A stretch of DNA of 64,000 nucleotides from Amoebophrya sp. A120 (lineage: Eukaryota; Protista; Dinoflagellata). Both the position numbers and the translations under genes were made by a program. Every line of letters starts with the position of its first letter. Within the stretch, counting starts at the first letter, position 1. The notes below the pieces were generated by a model. The model saw only the letters and a program-made list of their open reading frames with translations, did no database searches and was not told the DNA's origin. The DNA lies in NCBI GenBank assembly GCA_905178155.1, contig CAJINV010000004.1, positions 11,686,177 to 11,750,176 on the forward strand, given 5' to 3'. This document shows, piece after piece, positions 1 to 12,406 of this stretch.

Positions 1-172
1 CAACATGACAAATTTCTGAGCTTCTAGGTGTTGCCTATTCTGCATGACAAACTGCGTCTCCGCATGACAGAAAAATGCGGCTCTTGGGTAACGTGCATGA
101 CAGATTGGGGTCGTGCCAGACAAGCATGACAAACATGCACTCTTCCAGACCCAGACATTTTTACATTTGATA
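1..172. mobile_element. Introner family A, right part (truncated by window start)
   Basis: Ends in TIR ttccagacccagacatttttacatttgata; interior nearly identical to the copy at 38979-39230; interrupts the RING ORF. Confidence 0.9.
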
Positions 173-3079
173 GTTGAAGAGCATGAGAAAAATGTCCGCG
201 TGCTTATCCACGTCATCTGGATTAGTAAAATGCTGCGCTTCGATCACCGCGAGGGTCTCGCGGCTGACAGTCCCATCGTCCAGCTTCCAAGCGTGGGCGG
301 CGGCCCTCTGGATGAAGCGGAGTTGGCGGTGGAGCAGCCACCAATGAGCCATTCCCTCTGGGATGACGTCGGTTCCGGCGAAAAGCGCATAGGTGTCGTT
401 CGGCAAGAGACGGAGTATTTCGACTAATTTTCTGGTGAAGAAAATTACCAAATCTGGATCTGGCAGCCTTTCCGAAAAGAACGGACTTTCCCACTTGTGG
501 TCTTTGGAAACGGATTCCGCGCCGATAAACCAAATGTAGTGCGAAAGCAAACTCAAAATCCCGAGCCACCCGTAGCAGCCGCCGAGAAAGGTCGCTTGCC
601 GGATCAAGACAGTTCGCAGCGAATCCCCCCGCGAGAGCGCCTCCCAGAGGTTGCGGTGTCGGGGCGGCATGACCGCGAGACCCACCGTGTTTGCGAAGCT
701 TTCGAAGGCATTGGCGACAAACTCGCGAGTTTTTCTGGCGCAGTCGTTCTTGGGCTGGTTCAACTGTTGATTCGTGCGCGAATGAGGTTGCCGGTGTCCT
801 TCCATTTCGGTTCCGTCATCGTCCTTTCTGCACTTGCTTAGAAGGTTGAGCATCTGCCAATCTTTCGCGAAGAGTGCTTTGTTCTCTTGCGTGTTCAATA
901 GCTCAGACTGGGTTGTTTTGTATGCGATATGCAGTCTTTTTAGCAAATCCCGCTCGAACCTGGCAAGGAGCCACATCCTTTGTTTCTTTTCCTGATGCGT
1001 TGCATGCTGCTTGTTAGCTTCGAGCAAGTCGCGAATTTTCGATGGCAAGAGGTTCTGGTCTGCTGTATTTTCGCTACCTTGACTACGTTTGCCGTCACCC
1101 GTTTGCGTCTGCGCAGCAGCTCCTTTATCCTGGTGCAACAGCCGCTGCCCGAACTCTTTCACAAGGTCCTGGACGGATTTTGGCAGTGTTTTCAGTTCTC
1201 CCGTTTTGCATACCGGGGTAAGCAAGGCTGCAAGAACAAGATCGTCCACCGCTTCTGACTTCACACGGCGCAGCGTTTCGACGAGGAAAATGTCGAGCGT
1301 GAGCCACATGAGCGTTTTGAACAGCTTGCTGTGGCGAGTAAATACTGTGTCGAGCAATGTCCTTCTTGTGGCTTCGTCGTCCTCCTCCTCCTCGCCTGAG
1401 CCTTGGTGCTCATCATCTTCTCTCGCCTTCATGTTGCCTCCGTCGCTCGGCATCGGCACGCTACCGGCAACTCGCTCCACCAAACTGATATCATCGCGGT
1501 TGAACCAGCGCGAATTCTTCACCGCGGCTCGATAGGGCAAAAACCCCTCGAACAGAGATTTCAGCCAGACCGCGTCGAAGCTGACCTCAGAGAATGGCTG
1601 CGTGCAACGAACACACTGCTTCGCTTGCTCTGGGGTCACGGCCCCCTTCGTGATCCAGCTGTCCAGACACGCTGCGTGCAGCCGGTGTCCGCAATTCCAG
1701 AAGAACGCGCTGTCGGCTCTCGTCATGGAGTCGTGGCAAATGCAGCACGTATTTTCATCGGATGTTGATGAACTGGTCGCGTTTATCATCTTCCGCCCAT
1801 CGGAGGTACTATCCACATCGAGTCGCAAATTTTGCATCTTCTCACTGAGGAGTGCTTCGATCCCGAGGAACTTCCGCCTTCGCTCGCGGCGCCGGCGTTC
1901 GCGACAGGGCTCGAAGATCTGGCGCTCATCGGCGGGCCTGTGTCGGCGAGAGCTGCTTCTGGGGAAAAATCGACGTTTCACACCACTGAAAAAGGTCTTT
2001 CGCCTGTCTCCTCCGCCGAGATCCGTTTCATCTGTTTGCCGCGAATCGGTGCATTCCCCGTGGTTCGTCCTGCGCTGGGACGATACCTCGATCAGACTCT
2101 TTACCAAGCTGGTCGCAAGACTGTTAAGTAGTCCAAAAACCTCGTCGTTTTCACCGCAAATAATGCGAAGTCGGTCTTCCGTGGTGGCTGGCCGTGTCGG
2201 GGTTGTTTGTCTAGCATGCTTGTTTTTATTACAACCGGCAGGCAAGGCAGAGGCCGTCGCATTCGAGGAAAACGCTGATGATGACGAGGACGAACTGCCG
2301 CACTTTTTCCCAGGACTACTTCTTCCTGCCCCCCTCGACACAGGAGGTGACTCCTCTCTCGGTGGCGGTGGCCGCGCGGGCGATAAAATTCTTGTCGGGA
2401 GTTCCAGGGTGGCGCGGTCGTCTTCGGATGGGACGTCCAGCAGGCCGGCATCCAACTGGTCCAGAGCGGCCATTTGGCTAGCGCACTTTTGCCGCACCGA
2501 CTTCATCGCTGCCTGTTCGAGGGCGAATCTTTCGGGCAAGGGGACTGCCATGGCAAAAGGGGGCTCGGGACTGGCGAGGCTTGCTGCTGTATACGGCTGC
2601 TCGGGTGATGGAAATACAACAGCGCTCGAGGAGCTACCTCGAGCACCTCGTCCAGCTTGATGTTCCTGCGATCGGGTACTATTTTCTGAGGGGCTTTTCT
2701 CCTGCCGCGGGCCATCGCCATCTCGAAAGGATGAAAAAGAGCTCGCACCTTTGTCGAATTGTCCTGATGGTGCTGGCGCGTGTGGGTCGCCGGAAAATAA
2801 CGAAAGCTCGTGCTTATCTATTTCGGCTTCGTCTTGCTCTTTATACCGTTGCTTCTTCCTCCTGCATCTGCTGCCTCTTGTTCCTTCTTTTTCACTGGAT
2901 CCGGTGGAATCGCGTGATTGAGATTGTCGGCCACTGCAGTGACCGGAGACGTCTTCATCCCTAACGCCAGTTGAGGCAGAACTAACACTCGAAGATCTTC
3001 GCTGAAGTCGGACGCCACGAGTCTGCGTGATCACCTCATTACTGCTCCACAAAATACTGTGCAGCGTAAAAAGCCGCAA
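173..3079 (-). CDS. RING-H2 zinc finger protein (putative E3 ligase); 3' end continues beyond the window after an introner
   Basis: 972-aa ORF with CCICH...CGHRLHAACLDSW...CVRC (C3H2C3); start codon uncertain. Confidence 0.8.
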
Positions 3080-3641
3080 TTATACGGCGCAGGTTAAATG
3101 GGACATTGCTTCGCTCGATGTTGTTCTTGAATGTCTAGGAATGGATGTTGTGATGAACTATTATGATGGTCAGCCTTATATATTACCGTTAGCGCGGCTG
3201 TAGCTTGTTGATGATAAAAAAAAGACAAAGCAGCGAAATAAAATAGAACGATAAGGATAATGAAGTGAATTCTGTGAAGATGAAACGACTCAACAAGCAT
3301 TAGCAACCAGAAATCAAGCGGAGAAGTACACGCTCTGCTCAATCGTGGTCGATATTTTCTTGAGATGTAGCAACCACGATCCATACAGGCAACACAGAAC
3401 GATAGAATTTGTCCATTCTGCGAGAACCAGGAGGCGAACATCAGATCACCGCGGCAATAAAGAAAAATCAGGTTGTTCGGATCTCGATCTGCTTTTGAAG
3501 ACCAGAGCGTACTATTCTGAGCTTGGTGTGGAAAAGCTCGGAGTTCTGCAGCAGGCTTGTGATGCCGCACTGTAGATAATTGTTGTTGGCCATGTCATGA
3601 AGATTCATTTCGTATTCTTGTCGGTAATTGCGTTGTAAACT

Positions 3642-4379
3642 TCAAGCGACAAGAACTCGTGCCTGTAGCAAAAACGGGCGACCTGAGGTGTCGTGACTTT
3701 TTCCTCCAACGGGTTTCGCCGGACTGAGTACTTCGAACCCACACTCCGCCAGAAGCTGCTCGAGATCCTCCACACCCGTCAACGCCTTGCGGTAACCATG
3801 CTGTTTTTGAAAGGCATCGGCGTCGATGTTTTCGTGCGTTTTCACCACGAAAATAAGGGCTCCGGGGTTTTCTTCTTTCTTCAGCAAAACCCGACAGAGT
3901 TCGGGAAAAATCTGTTCCCGCAACACCGTAGCATCGAAGTAGTGCAGGGTGAGACGGGAGAAGATTAGCCGGAAAGAATTGTCACCGAAGGGAAGCTTTT
4001 CGGGTAGCGCGTGGTTGATGAAAGTGATGCTCTTGTTCCGGTTTTTTTCATTCTTACCGTTGTCCGCGTCAACATCTTCACGATTTCCCGGAGCGTTTGC
4101 ATTTGTAATGTCTCGATCTGAAGCCGTAAAACTGTAAAAATGTCTGGCATGCCGCCTCTGCAACTCCCGGACGTCAATCCCCCGTCCGCAGCCGAGCTCC
4201 AGGACTTGCAGATGAGGAGGCTTCGGATCGCGAGAGGTAGGTTCTTCTGGCGAGGAAGGTGCTGACGGTGGCAAAAACCGGCCCACAGCCTCCAGCAGCT
4301 CTTCATCTGGTACGTTGCGGTTGAAGTCGTCATAGCGTTGTGGAGGTGATGATGACTTTGGCTTTGCTTCTTCTGACAT
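3642..4379 (-). CDS. Class I SAM-dependent methyltransferase (Methyltransf_11/25-like)
   Basis: VLELGCGRG motif I, LPFGDNSFRLIFSRLTLHYF, ELCRVL...GALIF; first ATG at 4379. Confidence 0.85.
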   Translation of the reverse strand: MSEEAKPKSSSPPQRYDDFNRNVPDEELLEAVGRFLPPSAPSSPEEPTSRDPKPPHLQVLELGCGRGIDVRELQRRHARHFYSFTASDRDITNANAPGNREDVDADNGKNEKNRNKSITFINHALPEKLPFGDNSFRLIFSRLTLHYFDATVLREQIFPELCRVLLKKEENPGALIFVVKTHENIDADAFQKQHGYRKALTGVEDLEQLLAECGFEVLSPAKPVGGKSHDTSGRPFLLQARVLVA

Positions 4380-4788
4380 CTTCGACTTACGTCGAGCTTC
4401 TCTGGTGCCCTGTGTGGCTCTAGACGGTCTGCTCGTGCTGTTCACGCGTCGCTATGTTTTTCTATCTTCACTATCGCGCAGCTGAGATTGAGAAAGAGGT
4501 CATGCTACTACTTGTTTCCTCGGTACTTTGTTATCATACGACCTGCCGGCTCTCTCACATCCCATCGAGGTTCCTTCCACACAGACGCTTTGCAAAAAGA
4601 CTTACTTAATTACATTCCCGATCAACATCCCGTGGTCTCGCGATTTTTACAGCATTCATTTTAACGCGTGTAAGGAGAATAAGTAGGTGTCGTTGATCAT
4701 TTTTCAACCTGGTTCGAGTGCAGCAAGGGCATTTGGGAAAAATTATCGCGCACTTGCCCATGTACTATCTTCCTCATGCTTCTGCTTC

Positions 4789-7700
4789 TCACCCACCGCC
4801 AACCGGCACGCACGTGAAGAGTTTTTTCTTGCCAAGGTTTTCTCCGTCCACCGTCCACTTTCTGTTCGTCCCCGCTTCCAAAATTTTTCCCCACGTGGCC
4901 AACAGTGTGTCCGGAACCTGATTCCCCACCCATCTCTTCCGGTCCCAAATTTTCACACATTTGAACTTCTCCTTGTCTCCGCAGTCGCAGTACGCTTGGT
5001 GCGCATACGGAACAGACTTCATCTCCCAGGATAAGGTTCTGTTCCTCGCAATCTCCTCCGGGTAAAGCGAAACCGCCATGCCCAAAGCGCGGACCGCGTG
5101 GTCGCCCCAGCGGTGCTTGATCTGGCCCTGGAGAGAGTCGACGTAGTGGAAAAATTGCTCGTAGGTATTCATCCTTTTAGGGGCAGTTACTCTTGCATCT
5201 TCATCCCCTTCTATATGCATTGCAAATATGTCTGGGTCTGGAAGCTTGCGAGGTTTGTCATGCAGGTGTTGCATGAGCCATGATGTCTGTGATGTACGCC
5301 AGAGCATCACAGACTTTCTGAGAGCGTCTTGATGCCTATCCCGCATGACAAATGCCCTGTCCACGTAGCAAAAACTGGAATGCTCTTGCTGCTCGTGCAT
5401 TACAGATTTTTTTCGAGTTCCGTGGTAGCATCACAAGTTGCATTCTTCCAGACTCAGACATATTTGCAGTGGATACCCGCCTACCCCTCGTCGACCCGTG
5501 ATGTACTCCACATCCACTATCTCACAGTCGTATGCTTTGCAAAAGTATCGTGCTCGTAGTAATTGCAGTTAGGCATTACAAATTTTTTTCTTGAAGTAAA
5601 TCCGCATGACATATTTTATTTCTCATGCTGGGAAAATTTGTAATGCATTTATACGAGTACGATACTTTTGCAGTTCATAAGTCGGTCATCACGACGCCGA
5701 GCGACCAGGTAAAGCCCAGCGGGTACTCCGGCAAGGTGATCAAGAGCTTTTGGTACAGGGGCTCGGTTGTACTACTTCTATCTGGTTGTAGTTGATGTTC
5801 CTGGAACGAGGGGGTAGAAGTACTACCACGGAAATTATCTTCTGCCGGAGGTTGAGGTTCACGTTCATCATCATCTGCACTACCAGTAGTACCTGCTTGG
5901 AGGTTCGAAGTGGACACAACGTGCTCCAAGACCATCGCTAACGCTTGCTCAGTCGCTTTCAGACGGTTTTCCGGAAGAAACGCGATGCTGCCGTCGTTCC
6001 ACGCCGCTAAGGTTTCGTTCATGGCCAGAGCGATATCGGCGGAGAGGAGGGGCGAAGACATAAAGGATGGTGTCGAACTTCTACCAACATCTTCTGCGGT
6101 TGGTCTCGAATTCGACTCTCCTGTTGATCCTTTATTACCAGCAACCGCCATCCCCGACATCCGGCTCGGCCACAGCAAGAATTTGTTTTGCATCCAAACC
6201 GGCTGCGTTTGCAGGAACATCTGTAACCACGCGTACAGATTCTGGCTGTTGGCCGGGGTCGACCGCGTAATGTACTTGTAGCCAAGGTGGACTGGTGCGG
6301 GGGCGGCTCCTGCTTTGGGGGTTCTTTCTCGACTACTATCGGATGAACCTTGATCCGATTCTACTGGAGGAAACACATCCGCTTCCACTTCCCTTGGAAA
6401 GTAGCTGTCGGTATCTAACCCCCAGGCGAACTTTATGGCGTTCTCAAACGTTACAGTCTCAACTGTTACATGAAATTTGTCATGCAAGAATGGCAAAAGT
6501 GAAAGGGAAAAGATTGGCCCTTTTTCATTACAGGTTTGGAGCAGATTATAATGGTATCTAGCGCGTCGAGAATTGATCGTGTGCACGTGCAGAGCGATAG
6601 TGTTTTTGCAGCATGACAAATCATGTAACAGTTGAGAATGTAACGTTTGAGAACCCCATAAACTTGAATCTTTTCTCCACCGCCGGGTGCTTGAAGAGCG
6701 GAAAGGCCCGGAACCGTGCCTGTTCCGCGTACCCGGCCTTCGAGTGGTGGGCAGCGGTTTTGTGCCCCTTCGCCGTGCTGCTCTCCCAATTGTGGACGCC
6801 GATGTGGTTGGGTTTCTCCATCAGATACAACCAGACCCGGTTCTGCTGTCGTGGTAGAATTTCTACGGTCAGCGTGTCGAATTCTGCTTCAGAAAACGAG
6901 TCGTCGTGAAAGAGCAAGACCGGGTAGTCGTGTTGCTTATTGAAGAACTCCCACAGATTGTGCAAAGCAAACCGGAGCTCGTCCAGGTGCGCAGAGTCGA
7001 CCGTGTAATGGACGAAGTTGCGTCGTTCGGTCTCTTCATGTTGAGGACCTGCATCGCTGTAGTAGTTCTTTTCGACGTGTTGATTCATCCCTTTACTATT
7101 TTTCGCCGTGCTAGTCTTCCTCGGGAGATCCAAAAACTCACAGACCGGCCCTCTGTAGGGGGGAAAACACTCGCAAACCAGGTCGGACGCGAAGTCGCGG
7201 CGAACACAGTGGCCGCGGTTGGAATTGAAAATGTTTGCGGAAACGCCAGGTTTTGGATTCCGGTACTGGTACTTGATACTGGTGGATATCATAAGGGCTT
7301 CTACAACACTCACCTTCGACGAAAGTCTACTTCCTCGTCGCGCCTCCTCGTCATTCATCTTGTTCGCAGGCAGAATCAGCGCTCTGAGGCCTTTCTTTTC
7401 GAAGAAAACGGCTCGTCTTTCCGCCCCTGTCATTCCTCCAAAGACCGGCTTCAAGTCTACACCAAGATAGTCGTCGAGAAAGAAAATTTTCTCCAAATGC
7501 AAGAAGTACTTACTGGTGGTCGTGCACCAAAACCCATCCAGCCATTTCTGGAAAACAGCAGCACTTCTAGAACCGCTAGTCTTGTCGTTCGAAAGGGTCA
7601 TGTGACCCTCAGCGGTTCCGAACCGGTCCTTGACCGTATCATGTAGGAAGACCGCGAAGATTTTGTCAACCTGGAGTAAAGTGTAGCCGAGCTTCCGTAA

Positions 7701-10700
7701 CTTCTCCACGGTTTTGTCCAAGCTGCATTGCGTGAGCACGATCATGGCATCGTGGAATGTCTTGTCCTTCTGGATCATTTTGCGAAATTTCTCGTCGCGA
7801 AGCATGTGCAGCGGCATGGGTTGCGCGAAGTGGGGAAAACTGGCTGGTTGTTGCTGGTGCATCTGCTCTCCTGCTGTTCTAGTAGTTGTCCAGCTTTCAT
7901 TTTCTGTTTCTGTTTCTGACAGGAAATTTGGTGGAATCATGGGATTGAAGGGCATGTAGAGAACCTTCGCGGTGGTGATCACGTCAGCCGTCAAGTAGTC
8001 CTTATCCCACGAAAAAAGTGTTACAGTTACACATTTGTACAAGTCACTTCAGCAACACAAATTTCTCTGCATGAGAATGTAATGCAGAAATCCTACGGGA
8101 AAACACCTATGAAACGAGGCTCTATGCGTATCCGGCATGACAGAGCTTGTCTGTCTTGCTTGGCCTGCAACACAATGTGTAACTGTATGTAACACTTTTT
8201 TCTCACGATAGTCCTCGATCAGGTCGCAGTGCGTGACGTGCGGACTCGCCACCATCAAATCCACGTCTTCACCCGGTTATCCTGTGCAAAAGTATCATAC
8301 CCGTAGTAATTGCAGTCATGCATTGCAAATCTTTTTGTTATTTAACGTAAATCAGCATTGCAAATTTTCTTTCTCATGCTGAGGAAATTTGTAATGCATT
8401 TATACGAGTACGATACTTTTGCACAGGATACCGGTGCGAGCAGGGGGTCCGTCGTGGCGGGCCACAGCATCACCTCGTCGAGTGATCCTTTTCCCACCCC
8501 GCGCGGCACCCAGTGCACATGCAAGTCCATCGCGAGATCGCTCGCGGCTGGGAGAAGGGGAAGCTGCTGCTGCTGCTGCTGTTGTCCTCCTGATTCGACA
8601 CCGGGTGAAGGAGCCCCGTCGTGGCCTTTTTGATCGACTTCTTCCTGTGTTTGCGCAAACAAATCGGCCTTGGCGTAGTAGCTTGGTTTCAAGGGGTCCT
8701 TTTTTAGCGCTAGGTAGTACACCCGGCCCTGACGAATTGTAGAAGTCATATGCTAACTTGCGTCTGGTTTTGATGGAAAGTGGTAGACGCTCGTCTCGAA
8801 AGTAACATCATACATACGATGTATCTTTTTCACAGAGACAGACGTGAAAACACATTTTGACCCGTACCGCGCGCATTAAAACGCAGTCAAGTTAGCATGG
8901 ACTTCGGCACCATAACCAAGTGTGCGGGAGGCAAACGTCCCAATCTATTCCATGGCTCTTGAAGAAAATAGCAGGGTTGCGGGAGGAGAGGCTGTCATCT
9001 GTTCCAACATCACGCGCAGTGGTGTCCTCTCGCTCTTGGCTACACAAATCCTGTCCGTAGTGTACTTCGCCTTTCAGCTTCCAGAAATTGTAGCTCAGGT
9101 TTTCCCCGAGGAGGTTCTCGGATTTTGCTTGTCTGCCTCCGCCCGTCTCTGCCTGCTGCAAGATTTCCATGGGGCCTGGCTGCGCTTGCACAAGTTCCCC
9201 GGATGCGTCATGGTAAAAATCTCGACCTATCCTGCTCGTTGAGCCACCAGAAGAACCAGTTCTGAAGCCTTCGTTCTTTACGGCGAGCGCTTCATCATAT
9301 ACCGCTTTTTCCCTCGCCCGCACGGCGCAAGCGAGGCAATTCGGCCGGTGAATACGCAAGTTCCGTTGCGTCGTGTGAATCATACCGGTCAACTCCGCGG
9401 TGGTGAGAAAGGCATCTGCTTTTGTCGCAGTATTTGTTCCTTCACGTTGTATTTCCGAGCCCTGTTGTTCGTCCTCTGTAGCTGCACTGAAAGCGGAAGT
9501 AGGCCCTTCCCCTCTCTCCAACATTCGCAAGTTCTTCCTGACTTCCTGTCTGGTCTTCTCAAACACCGCTTCCGGCGGCGCCGCGTTCCCCAGCCTGGCA
9601 GCGAGCTGGTGCAAGGAGAGACCCGGCTCCTGGTCCGCCAGGCCATTCGCTCTAGCTAGCTCCGCTTGCTGTAGCTCTGTTTGCAAAGCGACTTGCTTTT
9701 CGTATAGCCACAGCTCGTCCACGGGGTTTTGTTGTTGAATCATGTCACCCGCCGTCCCAACTCGGTTCAGCTCCAGTTCCGCTCCCCTCATTTGCTCGAG
9801 CAGGAAGTTGTAGAACTGCACGTGCCCGGTTTGCGTCCAGGGGGTCAGTCCGGGCACCCGGGCGGCTTCCCGGGCAAAACAGGTGAGCACCATCGCTGTT
9901 CCGACGTAGACGGAATAGAGCCTGGAAAGCTGTTGGTGCTGCGAGATGAGTTCTCGACCTGTTGTGCCGACATGGGGAATCGGAATTGTAGACTCCGAGA
10001 TACTGGAAGTTGTACTCCTCAACAGCAAAGCCGACTTCGTTGTCTCCATGGCCCACTTGGAGAAGCCGGAGAAGAGCAAAAGCTTCGACACCGTGTTGCG
10101 CCACTGGGAACCGATTTGGTGGTACGCCCCATCAAAAAGCTTACCGAACTGCTCGATAAAGTCTAGCAGCGCGGCGTATTCTTGCTTTTGCTTCAGCCCT
10201 GATCCCGCGGCAGCTGTCTCCGATGATGATGAATTATATGACGAAACTCTATCCATGGCATCCACGATGAGCTGCGCAGCCTTGCTGCCGATGATCGCCA
10301 GCAGTCGCTCCGAGACCTGGACGGCAAAAGTGGGGTCAGAAAACCCCAGCTGGGAATGGAGATTCACCGATTTCAGGATGAACTTCTCCGTCAGGGCAGT
10401 AGTATCTCCCTGCTGGTGGTATTCCTGGTCGTCACTGGTCCCATCGTCTTGCACTGCGGTCCCCGCCGCATTTACTTTCATGTTAGAAACTGACACAGAA
10501 TCTTCATCTTCATGCCCTCTGCCCTGCTCCGTGATTTTTCTCAGCTCCGTCTTCAGATCGTCGAAGATGACATTCGTTCCACTTGGGTCAGACGCGTCGT
10601 TCACGGGCGCAAATTGACGGTTTAGTACGGAAGTTGGGTTTAGGAGCAGGTTCGCACCCTCGTCCGGATGCTTCTCCAGAAAATCCAGTAACGGCGTCGC

Positions 10701-10934
10701 ATTCGCGTGCTGAACAGGGTAGGACACAGACTGGACGAGTAGCAAGAGTCGGACAGCTAGAATTCCTATTCTTGTCGGATGCGACAAGACTGAAAAAAAG
10801 AGCCCTGGCCCCATCCTGCAGTCACGCGCCCGGGTGCTGGGCGGCTGAGAGCGGCTTCTGAAAAAGCTCGGCATGTTTTTGGTATGGTCTGGATCTGAGA
10901 AGGTTGGTTCGGAAAGGTAATAGCTTGACGACAA
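4789..10934 (-). CDS. Large multi-exon secretory protein: FkbM-like methyltransferase-type region + EGF-like motif + GT15 (KRE2/MNT1-type) alpha-1,2-mannosyltransferase domain
   Basis: ORFs join in frame on removing introners (LIED/YLTADV, KRFK/FAWGLDTDS, VMTD/CEIVDV). GT15-like motifs FFNKQHDYPVLLFHD, GYAEQARF, HRWGDHAVRALG; EGF-like GHC...CECFPPYRGPVCE; N-terminal hydrophobic segment. The junction near 8730-8912 is uncertain. Confidence 0.7.
5214..5475. mobile_element. Introner family A, diverged TSD
   Basis: TIRs tatgcattgcaaatatgtctgggtctggaa / ttccagactcagacatatttgcagtggata; flanks ttcta vs cccgc; removing element+5 nt restores frame. Confidence 0.85.
5531..5679. mobile_element. Introner family B
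   Basis: TIR core tgcaaaagtatcgt.ctcgta; TSD agtcg. Confidence 0.9.
6434..6660. mobile_element. Introner family C
   Basis: TIR tatgg.gttctcaaacgttaca.tctcaactgttacatga; TSD aactt. Confidence 0.9.
8003..8210. mobile_element. Introner family D
   Basis: TIR tatc....gaaaaaagtgttaca; TSD gtcct. Confidence 0.88.
8278..8430. mobile_element. Introner family B
   Basis: TIR tatcctgtgcaaaagtatc at both ends; TSD ccggt. Confidence 0.9.
8730..8912. other. Degenerate inverted-repeat intron (old introner?), boundaries approximate
   Basis: gaagtcatatgctaacttg at about 8742 is inverted relative to caagttagcatggacttc at about 8888; separates two coding ORFs; no clean TSD. Confidence 0.5.
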
Positions 10935-12406
10935 TGAAGAACCAAAAAGGCCTACAAAGACAAAGACAAAGACAGACCAGAATTGCCTCCGGCGCTAAAA
11001 CAGAATAGGCTCATGATCTGAATAAGCTTGCGGCCATTTGGAGTGGGTCTCACATAAGCGACGGATCCTTTTTGGATCACCATCATCATCACACCGATCT
11101 TTTTTCCGTACAGGAAAATCGAAATAAATCAATAGCTTGTCGCCTTCTTCTTCCCGGATGATCATGATTGATATTATAGGAATTTGCACCAGAAGCAGAA
11201 CTACTAGAAGACCGCTCTCCTTCACTTTAGGCGGAAAGATCATACCGAAGAAAAAAGTAAGGACCCTACTTGCCAAAATCAGAGTCAGACACACAAGAAC
11301 CACCTGGTTTGGTTGAAGGTAGAGGTTGAGGTGCGATGTTTCATGATGTTGAAGTTGACAAATCCCTCGGTCATGGCGTGTTTTTGTCAAGGCCTGACAG
11401 CCTACAATGCATAAAGTCGATCAATGTCTAGTGATATTTATACCCCAAGAAAGTTATTGTGCTGAATCAATTCCAAATGTTTTTCTTTCGTGTTCGTGAC
11501 GCGCAAAAGTAAAAGTATTCAAGATTGTGGTTTTTGGACTGTACAACGACGAGACTAACATTCCTTCTGGATACATACAACAAACTGCAAACAAGTTTTA
11601 GTTTAAGTCAAACACATCGCAAAGCCATAATAAAAAATGTGGCGTCTGGTGCGTAAGAAGCGGTTTCCGGTGCACCGACTCTGGATAGAAGGGTTTTTGC
11701 GAGCAGGCGAGCGGCAATGAAAAATACGCTTGCGGGGAATCAAAAACGATTCTCTCAAACTACAGCATCAAACGAGTAGTACCTTCATATCAGGCTGCGT
11801 GCTGCCTATGGGTGTATCCTCCGGGGCGAAGATCCTGCTTTATTGCTCCAGCGCAGCAGTAGATGGAGTTGGCAATCGCAGTATCAAGAGGAAGTAAAGG
11901 ATATTTCAAAAAAACTTGTTCTCCCGAGGCCTTGATGATAATACTACTGCGAGTCTTTCTGCAAGATGTTGTGGAAAAGGGCAAAAATAGAGGAAAAACA
12001 AAAAGAAAAATTTTCGAAAAGTAGGTGGGTGGGCGGTGCTGGAAGAAGTAGCGCTTCATCTGCTTTTTGAATACGTAATCAAAAGTCGACTTGTTTATAA
12101 ATTAAGTTTCGAGTGTAAGCAAGCCTGCGCGCTCTGTACACAATGGAATGACTAGTGGTAAAAAGTTGTGCAACAAGTAACTAAAATCACAGACACTTCT
12201 TGGATAATTTCTATAATGTCTTTCTGTTGTCATCTGCTGCGATATGTCTTTGTACAATGTCAATTCATGCAAGACTCGGTTTTTTTTTTCAAAACAGAAC
12301 TTCATAAATTCTCTTTGTACAAGCTAAAATTTATTCTTTTCCTGCATACAGATACAGAAAGAGCGTTTAATGCTTCTATTTTTCCAACCAACCAGATGCG
12401 CTATCT

